DNA of 25,834 nucleotides from a virus (taxonomy: Duplodnaviria; Caudoviricetes): the IMG/VR virus record IMGVR_UViG_3300042554_003175, positions 1 through 25,834 of that record, one strand, 5' to 3'. Positions 8,029 through 17,032 of the stretch are shown here, piece after piece. Position 1 is the stretch's first letter. Every line of letters starts with the position of its first letter. The notes beneath the pieces were generated by a model, which saw nothing but the letters and a program-made list of their open reading frames with translations, was not told the origin of the DNA and did not search any database. The position numbers were made by a program, and so were the translations under genes.

Positions 8029-9194
8029 ACAACAAACCCTGGTTTATAAACTGTTTTACCGTTTACAGTAACAGCTGTCAGTTTCTGTTTTCTGTTTGTA
8101 CCTGTTGATGTATAAGAAGCGTGTACCCAACCTGAGTTTGGTCCTTCTTTTGGATCATAGAATTCTAATATAATCTGGTCAAACTCGCAGTTCTCTGCAA
8201 CCCACTTCGCAAGATCTGGATTGGGTAAACCGTCGATTTCGAAGTCTACGGCTTCTCCATTGCAATGCTGAGATTTGCCGCTTCCACCGACGGCAGCATT
8301 AAGAGCGGAACCACGATAGCCACTGTTAATACGAACAGGCTTGCCAAAGTGATTGCGAACAGGTTCAAGGATTTTTTCACAGACGTTTTTGAGATTTTGT
8401 GCATGTTGAGCATTTGGTGTATTATCAATTCTCTTACGAATAGCCGTTTCAGATTTGGTAAATTCTTTCAAATTGAAGTGTTCAGACAATTGCATCTCAG
8501 GATTTACTTTTCCTGACGAAACAGCGGTAGCAACAGGAGCAGCTACTGGCGTTGCAACTTTAGGTGCTGCTCCTGCAGGAGCACTCAATTGGCTGAAGTA
8601 CGTTTTCGTCTTAGCCTTGCGATCTTCCAAGCCGTGTGTACCACCATTAACTTTCTTACTAACGGATAATATCGTAGCATCGTTCACTCCTTGATCGCAA
8701 ATGCTCCATAGTTTATTACGTTCAAAGAAGAACATTGCTGATTCAAATGCCAACTCAGTTGCAACCAAGTCAGGATTTGACATTACATCTGGTCTGTTGC
8801 AATACTTTGCAAATGCAGCGTAGTTATCTTTGCCTGTTAATTGAAGCGCACCACGACCACGGTATTTCCAACCGTCACCAGAGGCTTCGTTACCATTACC
8901 CATACGTCCCGCATAAACGCGATTTGCGATGGCTTCTGGTTTGCGTTCGTATTTAGCAGCAGTGGCTTGATCGGGGAAATATTTTTTAAACACTCCCATC
9001 AAACCTTTTGCGGAATAATTTAAATTCTCACTAAATGCTTTGAAACCACCTGTTTCGTGCGCCGTCTGACCAAAAAAGTGTGCAGCGCGAGCAGGGGATA
9101 ACTTATAATAGGCTGCAGCAGCACGCAGGGTTCCTGGTCCCCACGCACCGTCTGCTGTGACTCCAATCTTTTGCTGTAATGATTTCAAACTCAT
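8025..9194 (-). CDS. Modular endolysin: PG-binding fragment + GH19 glycosidase + peptidase M15A
   Basis: ADGAWGPGT (PG-binding); FFGQTAHETGGF and YRGRGALQLTGKDNY (GH19); Ala/Pro linker; SEHFNLKEF, SGYR, SQHCNGEAVD, WVHAS (M15 Zn peptidase). Confidence 0.9.
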   Translation of the reverse strand: MSLKSLQQKIGVTADGAWGPGTLRAAAAYYKLSPARAAHFFGQTAHETGGFKAFSENLNYSAKGLMGVFKKYFPDQATAAKYERKPEAIANRVYAGRMGNGNEASGDGWKYRGRGALQLTGKDNYAAFAKYCNRPDVMSNPDLVATELAFESAMFFFERNKLWSICDQGVNDATILSVSKKVNGGTHGLEDRKAKTKTYFSQLSAPAGAAPKVATPVAAPVATAVSSGKVNPEMQLSEHFNLKEFTKSETAIRKRIDNTPNAQHAQNLKNVCEKILEPVRNHFGKPVRINSGYRGSALNAAVGGSGKSQHCNGEAVDFEIDGLPNPDLAKWVAENCEFDQIILEFYDPKEGPNSGWVHASYTSTGTNRKQKLTAVTVNGKTVYKPGFVV

Positions 9195-9202
9195 AATTCA
9201 CC

Positions 9203-9559
9203 TCAAGCAATCGTATCTTCTACTTCTTCAACGAGTTCTTTAACTGGTTCTGGAAGAAGATCTTCTGCTTTAGCAGCTGGGGGCGTTTCTGGTGTTGGCG
9301 CAACTGGTGGGACATTTTTATCTTCTTGCTTGCCGAGCATAATGCCAGAAAGAATACCAGTTAGGAATGTTGCGATAGGAGTAATTAATTCAAAAAATTT
9401 CGCATCATTTGGGGATTGTTGCATTGGCTGCGTGACAAAAATCAATGAGTAGAGAACTACAAACACGATTCCTGTTAATGTAAATGCCAATGAGAGACCG
9501 ACTGTAAATTTCAATCGAGCCATCAATTCTGATTCAGTATAACGTGGACCCTTAAACAT
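9203..9559 (-). CDS. Two-TM membrane protein, holin candidate
   Basis: 118 aa with two hydrophobic helices and an acidic Pro-rich tail, immediately upstream of the endolysin. The holin role is inferred from position. Confidence 0.6.
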   Translation of the reverse strand: MFKGPRYTESELMARLKFTVGLSLAFTLTGIVFVVLYSLIFVTQPMQQSPNDAKFFELITPIATFLTGILSGIMLGKQEDKNVPPVAPTPETPPAAKAEDLLPEPVKELVEEVEDTIA

Positions 9560-9561
9560 AA

Positions 9562-9807
9562 TTATTCTCCTGTATTTTCAGTTTCAGTATTACAATTACA
9601 ATCTGCAGCTGGTGCTGCTGGTTCTTCAACTGGTGTTTGTTGTGGTGGCAACCCATTCAATGTGTCAAAACAGAAACCATCAACCTCACACTGTGGGCGA
9701 GAGCATTCTGCTTTATCTTTATTTTCTGGATCTTGGCAAGGATATCTATATGTATCTGCGCACCCAACTAATAATAAAGCAGCAAAAATATTTAATACCG
9801 CTTTCAT
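9562..9807 (-). CDS. Cys-rich lipoprotein (possible outer-membrane lysis accessory)
   Basis: Lipobox LLLVG-C; YRYPCQDPEN...C...C...C; Pro-rich tail; adjacent to the holin candidate and endolysin. Confidence 0.75.
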   Translation of the reverse strand: MKAVLNIFAALLLVGCADTYRYPCQDPENKDKAECSRPQCEVDGFCFDTLNGLPPQQTPVEEPAAPAADCNCNTETENTGE

Positions 9808-9810
9808 TTT

Positions 9811-10800
9811 TTACCTCTCATCTAATTTAACATTACCTGAACGGCGACCTGCAGTCGTTGTTCCTTTCGGAAGCGCTGCTCTTGGTCTTGGTCCTTCAAA
9901 ACTCATTTTATCAACATGTTGAACTGAGACCCCTTTTTTACCTGCTGCAGATTTAACAATATAACTTGCAGCATGCGGAGAACCTTCAACAAATTTACCG
10001 CGACCAGTTGTTGCTTCTTTACGAACAAAATGATTTAATTCTGGATGTGTATTGTGTACTGTGTCTAATGCTTTTTGGGCTTTTTGTTTTAAGCCCTGCA
10101 ACTCTGAATCTTTTGCAGTACGCATTGCATCCAAATGCTTACCTGCTTGTTTTATATGAGACATAATACTTGAATGTATTTCGTCTTTTTTCTTTTGAGG
10201 AAGTTTAGCATATTTTGGATGATTATTCAACATTTCTTTTGCAGCATGATGATGTACTGCACTATTTTCTTCTGGTCCACCTGACATTAATTGTGAACCA
10301 CCACCCTTTTTCATAGACAAACGAATACCTTCGCCTGTTTTAGATTTTGGATTCATGATCGCAATATCAGTTTTAGAAGTTGCACCTTTTGTTGCACCAT
10401 ACTTTTTCCAAGTTTCTGAGATTTCACCCTTACCACCACCTGTCACTTTTGCTTGGTGTTTTCCTTTTACGGCTGCTTTAAAATCAGGGTGAGTTGCTAA
10501 TGAATGTATTGTATGGATAGCGTTTTCGTGCTCTGAGTGATATGCTGCTTTATGCGCAGCAGTTTTTTTACCACCAACAAAACCTTCATGATGACCAGCG
10601 TTATCAAAATGCAATGGATGTTTTTTATTTGTTTTGGCTTTACTGAATTCTTTTTGCATTGCCTCTTTGTCGTGCGCAATGCCTAATCCATTCATATGGT
10701 TCCAGATTCTAGCGTGAGCGTGTTCGTCGCTATATGCGCCAACTTTTGCCTCAATTAATAAATCTTCATTGAGTTGTTTAAACTGTAAAAATGTTTTCAT
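9811..10800 (-). CDS. Hypothetical PD-(D/E)xK-like nuclease with capsid-targeting-like N-terminus
   Basis: 329 aa. KTDI...LSMKK motif; N-terminus MKTFLQFKQLNE resembles T4 internal protein leaders. Confidence 0.6.
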   Translation of the reverse strand: MKTFLQFKQLNEDLLIEAKVGAYSDEHAHARIWNHMNGLGIAHDKEAMQKEFSKAKTNKKHPLHFDNAGHHEGFVGGKKTAAHKAAYHSEHENAIHTIHSLATHPDFKAAVKGKHQAKVTGGGKGEISETWKKYGATKGATSKTDIAIMNPKSKTGEGIRLSMKKGGGSQLMSGGPEENSAVHHHAAKEMLNNHPKYAKLPQKKKDEIHSSIMSHIKQAGKHLDAMRTAKDSELQGLKQKAQKALDTVHNTHPELNHFVRKEATTGRGKFVEGSPHAASYIVKSAAGKKGVSVQHVDKMSFEGPRPRAALPKGTTTAGRRSGNVKLDER

Positions 10801-10952
10801 AGTTTTGGCGGCTTTCTTCTCAAGATTTTTTTATTGAGACGCTTTTTAATTTGTAAAGCATAAACGTCAGATGGGTTTGTTAAAGAAGGTACACCACCTG
10901 CTGCAACAGACACTGCTGGTGCTTCCTCTTTTACTTTAATTCTCTGAGACAT
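10797..10952 (-). CDS. Small basic hypothetical protein (51 aa)
   Basis: Below the ORF-track cutoff; hand translation MSQRIKVKEEAPAVSVAAGGVPSLTNPSDVYALQIKKRLNKKILRRKPPKL. AGGA RBS; fills the gap exactly; ATGA overlap with the next gene. Confidence 0.75.
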   Translation of the reverse strand: MSQRIKVKEEAPAVSVAAGGVPSLTNPSDVYALQIKKRLNKKILRRKPPKL

Positions 10953-11320
10953 TTTACTGCTTCCTGATCTAAGCCAATATCGTTTGACCGCAAATTTTTA
11001 CCACGAATACCAAAAACAATTTCTGGCATGTAATTTAAAAAGACTAAAAATGGTTTGATTATTTCATAGTCTTTTTCTTCTAATTTATAAAATAATATTC
11101 GAGTTGCACCTTCAACACCAAAAACATTATAAAGAACAGTAATATGATTTAAAATTAAGCGACCCTTAAATTCGCCAGAATCTCGATACTTTGTGATTAA
11201 TCTTTTTATATACTGTATGCGGTTCAAATCTTCTTCGAACTCGCTCATTACAGCATTTGGTTTGCTATAACATTTTATAGCATATAATAAAAAGTTTTCA
11301 TCACACAAGTTTTGAAACAT
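10931..11320 (-). CDS. Conserved T4-like phage hypothetical protein
   Basis: 129 aa. FLLYAIKCY..PN...EFEEDLNRIQYIKRL...RLILNHITVLYNVFG is recognised from memory as a family common in cyanophage-like myoviruses (possibly DUF7207). Confidence 0.8.
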   Translation of the reverse strand: MFQNLCDENFLLYAIKCYSKPNAVMSEFEEDLNRIQYIKRLITKYRDSGEFKGRLILNHITVLYNVFGVEGATRILFYKLEEKDYEIIKPFLVFLNYMPEIVFGIRGKNLRSNDIGLDQEAVKCLRELK

Positions 11321-11332
11321 TCAATTTACCAA

Positions 11333-11722
11333 CTAGTAATCGGCAGTTCTTCTCGTGCGTAATAAAAATTGTGAAACGCCATAATCTGTTGGATTCTCAT
11401 CCTCAGATTCTATTTCTTCCAACTCTTCATCATCAACGCCGAGATAATCTAACTCGTCTTCATCTACAACATTTGCATAAACATCATACCCTTGCGGAGT
11501 AAGATCGTAAGTGATATACAAATAATGACCTGTGTAATCGTTTGCGCCGTCTTTCAGTTCAAACAAAAACTCATCATCTTCTTTTAGATTTATGACTGGC
11601 AAAACAAGACCATTTTGACCCAGCGTCATAGCAAGAACGCTATACGCTGTGCCAAGATCTAAAAATGGTTTTGCTAGAAATAAATCTAGATCAGTATTTA
11701 ATTTTTCAAGTTCTTTAGTCAT
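11333..11722 (-). CDS. Acidic hypothetical protein
   Basis: 129 aa; ATGA overlap with the upstream gene; no recognisable motif. Confidence 0.75.
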   Translation of the reverse strand: MTKELEKLNTDLDLFLAKPFLDLGTAYSVLAMTLGQNGLVLPVINLKEDDEFLFELKDGANDYTGHYLYITYDLTPQGYDVYANVVDEDELDYLGVDDEELEEIESEDENPTDYGVSQFLLRTRRTADY

Positions 11723-13350
11723 TTTTGTGGTTGTTTCTTTTTGCCCATTGGATGGAATACAACTGGATCTGCTTGCTTCTTAGTCATTGTCTTACCAGCA
11801 AACATCTTTTCGCGCATCTTCTCGCGCAATTCTTCTTCGCCGAGTTTAACACCACGAGCGCGAAGAACGTCTTTGCGCGTAATCAAATGCTTTGGATGTG
11901 CCTTTGCAGCAAGATTTTTTTCTTTTGCTGTCTTTGGTACTGTACCGCCCTTTGCTTCGCTCATTTCAGCAAACTTCTTTTCGACGTCGTTATACTGATC
12001 TTTTGCGACAACAGAAACTTCGTGGGCTTCTTTATCTGTAAGAGTTGGTACGCGATCCTTTACGAACTCTGGGCTCAACATTTTTGGTTCGCCTGGTGGA
12101 ATGAACTTCCACGCCTTACCGCTAACTGTTGTACCTGAGAAGTAACGAACTTCTTCTCTCACAGTTGGAACCATTTTACGCACGTCACGCTTCACATTTT
12201 CTTCGTCATCATCTGCTGGTGTGAAATCTTTTTTCTTTGCGTATGGATCCATTTTATATGTTCTTGCTCTTGGTGCTGCAATATCTTTTTCATAATTTTT
12301 TCTTGCAACTTTATTGAATGCTTTTTTCCAATCAGCAGCACCTTCTTCAACTGTTTCTACTTCTTCTTTGGCTAGTTTAGCAGTTGCCTTTTCAATACCA
12401 CCAAGACGCTTTTTAGCACCTTTTCTGTAATCTCTCGCTAAATCCATATATGCTGCTTTATTTTCTGGATCTCTTTTTCTTGAGCCCGACGTTTCAAAAC
12501 TGGCAGCAATTCCTGTCTTTGCGCGCACTTGATTTGCTGCTTTGTTGACATAAGAAGCCAATGTTGATTTCTTGAGTTCATCAATGTGCTCAACTTCTTC
12601 TTTCGTTAGTTTTTCTTTTGCCTTTGCAACTCCAGCTTCGCGTCTGTCCATTTTCGCAAGAGCCCATGGATAGGTCTTTTTCATATATTCTGGATCAGAG
12701 CCATCACGACCACCATAACGCATTTGATGATAGTCGTACGCTTTTTTCATTTCTTTACTTGCTTTTTTAGCATAACTTTGCAAAGTAGATTTTTTGAGTT
12801 CATCGACTTGTTGGAATTCCTCATACATGTGTCGAGGTTCTTGATCATTAATTACATGATGTGTATATTTTTTTCCGTTGTGGGTGACATTAACATGTGA
12901 TTCTTCTTCACCCCCAGAATCTACAATAGCCTGAATCTCATGAGGTTCAAGATGATCATTATCGCCTCGTTTTAGAGCTTTATGTACAACATCGTCAGTT
13001 AGATCATGGTGCGAACGCACCGTATATCCGTAAGATTTACCGTTGACTTTTCCTGTATAATGAAAGAGTCCACCTTCATCAATCTGCTCGGCTTCTTCAT
13101 TCATCTCACCTTCCATATAATTGGCGGCAGTAAGAACATAATCTTCAGCAAGAGTAATCTTGCTTTGTACCCACTCAGGTAAGTTTGTTGAGTCGTCAAG
13201 CATGTCGTGCAACTTCTGAGCATTTGTAATAATGCTCTTTAATTGCGACTTTGCCATGTCGCCTTCGTAGTCGTATTCGCGCTCGTCTTTTTCTTCTGTG
13301 AAGTGTGTCTTAACGAGAAGATTAGCGAAAATATCTTTATAGTCACTCAT
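11719..13350 (-). CDS. Modular Lys-rich protein, probable internal head polyprotein
   Basis: 543 aa. Module EYDYEGDMAKSQL...LPEWVQSKITLAEDY; duplicated (V/I)DELKKSTL.SY..KA; recurring EE.E.(I/V)(D/E)E linkers. Confidence 0.75.
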   Translation of the reverse strand: MSDYKDIFANLLVKTHFTEEKDEREYDYEGDMAKSQLKSIITNAQKLHDMLDDSTNLPEWVQSKITLAEDYVLTAANYMEGEMNEEAEQIDEGGLFHYTGKVNGKSYGYTVRSHHDLTDDVVHKALKRGDNDHLEPHEIQAIVDSGGEEESHVNVTHNGKKYTHHVINDQEPRHMYEEFQQVDELKKSTLQSYAKKASKEMKKAYDYHQMRYGGRDGSDPEYMKKTYPWALAKMDRREAGVAKAKEKLTKEEVEHIDELKKSTLASYVNKAANQVRAKTGIAASFETSGSRKRDPENKAAYMDLARDYRKGAKKRLGGIEKATAKLAKEEVETVEEGAADWKKAFNKVARKNYEKDIAAPRARTYKMDPYAKKKDFTPADDDEENVKRDVRKMVPTVREEVRYFSGTTVSGKAWKFIPPGEPKMLSPEFVKDRVPTLTDKEAHEVSVVAKDQYNDVEKKFAEMSEAKGGTVPKTAKEKNLAAKAHPKHLITRKDVLRARGVKLGEEELREKMREKMFAGKTMTKKQADPVVFHPMGKKKQPQK

Positions 13351-13351
13351 T

Positions 13352-14080
13352 TTACTTACCTTTTCTTTGAGTTAATAATTGTTTTAGTTTTGCTCTTGCT
13401 AAATTACGAGCGCGACGAAAACCATATGGATGTTTTCCAGCAGGGGCATTTGCTGGTTTTGTTTTAACTGGTCCACCAAGAATTGTTTCTGCTTCTTGTT
13501 TTGTTGCTTCATCAACAACGACAACTTCTTCCTGCATCTTACGCATTTTGCGAGCGAGAGAGGCATAATGACCATATGCTGTACCTGCTTGACGCTTTGC
13601 TTTCTTTTCAGCCATCTCTTTGTCGATTAGATCTTGACGAACTTTCTGCTGCTTTGGTAACAATGCTTCATCAGTTTGTTCAACATTTTCACCAAGACGA
13701 CCAGCCTTAATCGTTCCACCCGCTTTCACATAAGAAATAATGTCACGATTAGTTTCTAATCCACCACCAAGACCTTCTCCACCTTCGCGGCGACGTCTTC
13801 CCATTTCACGAACGCGCTCTGAAGAAGAAACAAGTTCTTTGTTTTTCTTCGAATTTGCAACAGCAGCAATAGCAGCCATACGTGCCTTTTTCTTATTAAT
13901 GTCACCAACATCTTTCTTGGCTTGAGCGACGCTCTTTTGTGCGCCCTCATGACCAATGCTCTTCAGAAATTCTTGGAACTTTGGATTTTTCGCATGAGTT
14001 TTCTTCAGTTTGCTCTTGAGCGCTTCGGAACCAGAAGTAAAAACCTTATGCCAAGCAGCATTTTCGTTAATATCGTTCAT
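13352..14080 (-). CDS. Basic hypothetical protein, probable internal head protein
   Basis: 242 aa; GAGGA RBS; Lys/Arg-rich segments separated by LGENVEQTDEA and MQEEVVVVDEA. Confidence 0.75.
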   Translation of the reverse strand: MNDINENAAWHKVFTSGSEALKSKLKKTHAKNPKFQEFLKSIGHEGAQKSVAQAKKDVGDINKKKARMAAIAAVANSKKNKELVSSSERVREMGRRRREGGEGLGGGLETNRDIISYVKAGGTIKAGRLGENVEQTDEALLPKQQKVRQDLIDKEMAEKKAKRQAGTAYGHYASLARKMRKMQEEVVVVDEATKQEAETILGGPVKTKPANAPAGKHPYGFRRARNLARAKLKQLLTQRKGK

Positions 14081-14098
14081 GCGAATATCCTCGGTTAA

Positions 14099-14632
14099 TT
14101 AAACGCCCTTGAGCGTTGTGGCAACCATCCAGTTAAGTTTACCGAACTCTTCAATCTTGGCTTGCAAGAAGTTGGAGAATCCAATTTCGTTGGCAGCTTC
14201 GGCAGCTGCATAAAGCGTCTTCATTTCGCGAATGAGTTTGCTCATCTCATTGTTTAGATTCAAAAGCATTTCGCGTGGTGCAAGCATTGTAGAAGTATCT
14301 TCTACGATTGAAGACTTACGAGCAAGCGTTGCTGGTGAAAGTATTACATATCCACCAAGGATACGAATATGTTCAGCGTGCGGGTCAACTGACTCGTACA
14401 AACCCTCATAAACTTTCTTGAAAAGTTCATGGTATTGTGGGAAGTTTGCGCCGTCGACATTCAAATGATAGGTATGAGCCTTCAAATAAACGCCATAAAC
14501 GTCGTTTAGAGCCTTATCAGCCATTGTGACAAGACCTGCCTTTTGTACTTCTACATCTTCTTTTAACTTCGCAGCCATAACAGACTTTGCTGCGCCAGCT
14601 ACTGAAAGTAGTGATTTATCTTTAATGAACAT
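14099..14632 (-). CDS. dps: Dps family DNA-protecting ferritin-like protein
   Basis: HTYHLNVDGANFPQYHELF...VDPHAEHIRILG matches the Dps ferroxidase signature (H..HWNV.G..F..LH..F...D..AER...LG); C-terminal K..WM; CAGGAG RBS. Confidence 0.85.
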   Translation of the reverse strand: MFIKDKSLLSVAGAAKSVMAAKLKEDVEVQKAGLVTMADKALNDVYGVYLKAHTYHLNVDGANFPQYHELFKKVYEGLYESVDPHAEHIRILGGYVILSPATLARKSSIVEDTSTMLAPREMLLNLNNEMSKLIREMKTLYAAAEAANEIGFSNFLQAKIEEFGKLNWMVATTLKGV

Positions 14633-14658
14633 GAAATTTACTCCTGGTTAGGTTCTAT

Positions 14659-14666
14659 TATTTATT
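14659..14666 (-). promoter_or_regulatory. Late promoter variant AATAAATA
   Basis: In the 36-bp gap upstream of dps, about 27 nt before the ATG. Confidence 0.6.
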
Positions 14667-14668
14667 TG

Positions 14669-17032
14669 TCACTCAATCTCATCATTAAATTCTTCTTTAA
14701 ATGCTTCGTTGAAATCTACTGATTCACGACGCAAATCTTTGTCTGCTGTGTGGTATGTTTTACCCTTCGTAATATACGAATTCACACGAGCATGACCCCA
14801 TTGTTGTGGGGTTGTTCCTGGACGGTGACCCGAATTCCAAGCCGCAACTCCACGGTTATACACTTTACGAAGTGTTCCGAGAGAAACACCCGACTTCTTG
14901 GCTTTTGCAGCCAATGAAGTATCGGCTTTACCTTCTTCGATTGCTTCTTCGGCAACTCTTGGTAGTTCTCTGTATGATTTTGCTAGAGTTTTTGAAGGTA
15001 GTTTCTTAGCAGCTTTACGACCCATTTGAAGCGCAGATCCAGCAAAAGGAACTTTGCCGCTAATTGCAGCATTGACACCAGCCTGACGCATTACAGCATT
15101 TTTCTTTTGTTTATTAACGTCAATTCTTTCGTCTAAATGAGTTTCTTCTGCATACACAGTTCGAACTCTTTGTGCGTTTGGGCGCATTGAAGTGATTCTG
15201 GTTTGCTTATCTAATTTTTTAAAGAATGCTCTTGCATGAGCATGACTAAATGCTGGTTTTTTCACCTCTGGTTTCTTTCTTTTCATAAAGTCCAAGAAAC
15301 CTTCGCGCTGAGTTTGAGGTTGTTCAACTTCTTCCTTACGCATCTTGGATAAATTATCATGGAATGCTTTTGCTTTTACGGGATCTGTTTTTGCAAGTTT
15401 GTCGTAGATCTTTTTGTTGTTCTTATCAACTTCTGTTTGTGTGCCTAAACGCCACTCTGCGCGCCAGTATGATGGCTTGAGTTTCTTTTGGGCTTCATCG
15501 AGTTCGACTTCTTCGTTTGTCTTAGCGGCTTGCTTCTTTGCATATTCTGCACGAGCCTGAGCCAGCATTTCCTCGCCACGCTTACGGCTGGCATCGCTTG
15601 CAGTTTTTTCTCTGTCAAATGCACGACCCAACTTTTCTGCTGCACTCATACGGCGAGCTTCATCAATAACAGGACCATCATGTTCAACGCTATCGCCAAC
15701 ATATGTACGACCTGGTTCATATACAGGAAATGGTCGTGCTGGTTGAGATGCATTGAACTTTTTTGTCAATTGTTTTTGAGCAAATTTTCGTGCTTTATTA
15801 GTGTTGCCAAGTTTTCTGAGTGGATTTGGGTCACCAGCTTTGTCTGTTTTTACGGCAGCGTCAACGGTTCTCATCGTAAAGGGTCTTTTTTCTTGACTGA
15901 CTTTTAGATACTTTTTGTAATCGACCTCATCCACCTGCTCGACTTCTTCATCCATTCGCTTCTTTACTGCAAAACCGCCTTTAGGTGAGAGTTTCTTGTT
16001 ATGCTTTTCTGGATCGTAAATATTTGCAGTACCATCTTTTTCTGACTTTTCAGTTTTTGGATTGTAGTGCATTACGCTACCAGAGCGACCGAAAGAAACT
16101 TTCTTTTCTTCGTGCAAACGAACATTGCTAATATGAGTTTTGTATAGTGGCTTGTGTGTGCCGCCACCAAGAGAAGATTGACTGTGATCGCTGCGGAAAT
16201 AAACGTGATTATCTTTAATCTTTTCTACAGTGCCAGTATTTTGACCGCCTTTAATTGTTACAACGCGATCGCCAACTTTTGGTTCAGGGCGAGCTTTATT
16301 CATTGCAGCCAACACACCTGCGACTTTACTTTCGTTTTTCATCGTTTCTCCCAAACTCTTAAAATACTGTACTTGTCTTTCTCTTTTCATTGCGCCAGCT
16401 TTTGTATCGTATGTACCAAGATTGCGTCCTGTCTTTTTAGACACAAGACGAAACTTGCCATCAACTTTTACAATTGACTCGTCCATCTTTGGACTTACAC
16501 CTTTGAATTCTCGCTTGGCGTCTTCATTGTCCCAATATGCACAACACATTCTTTCAGTTACGAAATCATGAATGTCTTCATGATTGCAGTAGGCTTTAAT
16601 CTTTACGTTAGCCTTTCCTGGTAGCGTTACCAAGTCAACATGCTTTGCCATTTCAACATAGGCTTCGTTTGGTGCTTTCAAACCACCAAACTCGTTTAGT
16701 TCGTTTTTATCAACTGGCTTCTCTGATTCCTTTACCCAGTGAATGCAATTAGCGCAGTTTGTTCCTTCAATCTTTTCTGGTGCACCTTCAATTACAATAC
16801 CAATTTCCTCACTAAACATTTTATGAAAACGTTTAGTGTATTTGCTTGGTTTTGTTTTTGCAGTTGCATCGCCAGGAGCAGGTTTATATGCTCTTGAATC
16901 TTTGTCTGAATACTTGCTCATTTTTTTCCAATGAGCAGCGCGAGCCTTTGCTGTGGACGTGCTAAGACCAGCCACATACTTTTTAGGTAGCCCCGATTCT
17001 TTGTCCTTTGTCACTGAAGGAAACTTTTTCAT
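14669..17032 (-). CDS. Large modular Lys-rich protein (DUF5824-like terminal modules), probable internal head polyprotein
   Basis: 787 aa. N-terminal PKKYVAGLS...YKPAPGD...TKPSKYTK and C-terminal KAKKSGVSLGTLRKVYNRGVAAW.SGHRPG.TPQQWGHARVNS (recalled as DUF5824-like). Also a Cys cluster, a KOW-like segment and many EEVE.(V/L)DE linkers. Confidence 0.75.
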   Translation of the reverse strand: MKKFPSVTKDKESGLPKKYVAGLSTSTAKARAAHWKKMSKYSDKDSRAYKPAPGDATAKTKPSKYTKRFHKMFSEEIGIVIEGAPEKIEGTNCANCIHWVKESEKPVDKNELNEFGGLKAPNEAYVEMAKHVDLVTLPGKANVKIKAYCNHEDIHDFVTERMCCAYWDNEDAKREFKGVSPKMDESIVKVDGKFRLVSKKTGRNLGTYDTKAGAMKRERQVQYFKSLGETMKNESKVAGVLAAMNKARPEPKVGDRVVTIKGGQNTGTVEKIKDNHVYFRSDHSQSSLGGGTHKPLYKTHISNVRLHEEKKVSFGRSGSVMHYNPKTEKSEKDGTANIYDPEKHNKKLSPKGGFAVKKRMDEEVEQVDEVDYKKYLKVSQEKRPFTMRTVDAAVKTDKAGDPNPLRKLGNTNKARKFAQKQLTKKFNASQPARPFPVYEPGRTYVGDSVEHDGPVIDEARRMSAAEKLGRAFDREKTASDASRKRGEEMLAQARAEYAKKQAAKTNEEVELDEAQKKLKPSYWRAEWRLGTQTEVDKNNKKIYDKLAKTDPVKAKAFHDNLSKMRKEEVEQPQTQREGFLDFMKRKKPEVKKPAFSHAHARAFFKKLDKQTRITSMRPNAQRVRTVYAEETHLDERIDVNKQKKNAVMRQAGVNAAISGKVPFAGSALQMGRKAAKKLPSKTLAKSYRELPRVAEEAIEEGKADTSLAAKAKKSGVSLGTLRKVYNRGVAAWNSGHRPGTTPQQWGHARVNSYITKGKTYHTADKDLRRESVDFNEAFKEEFNDEIE

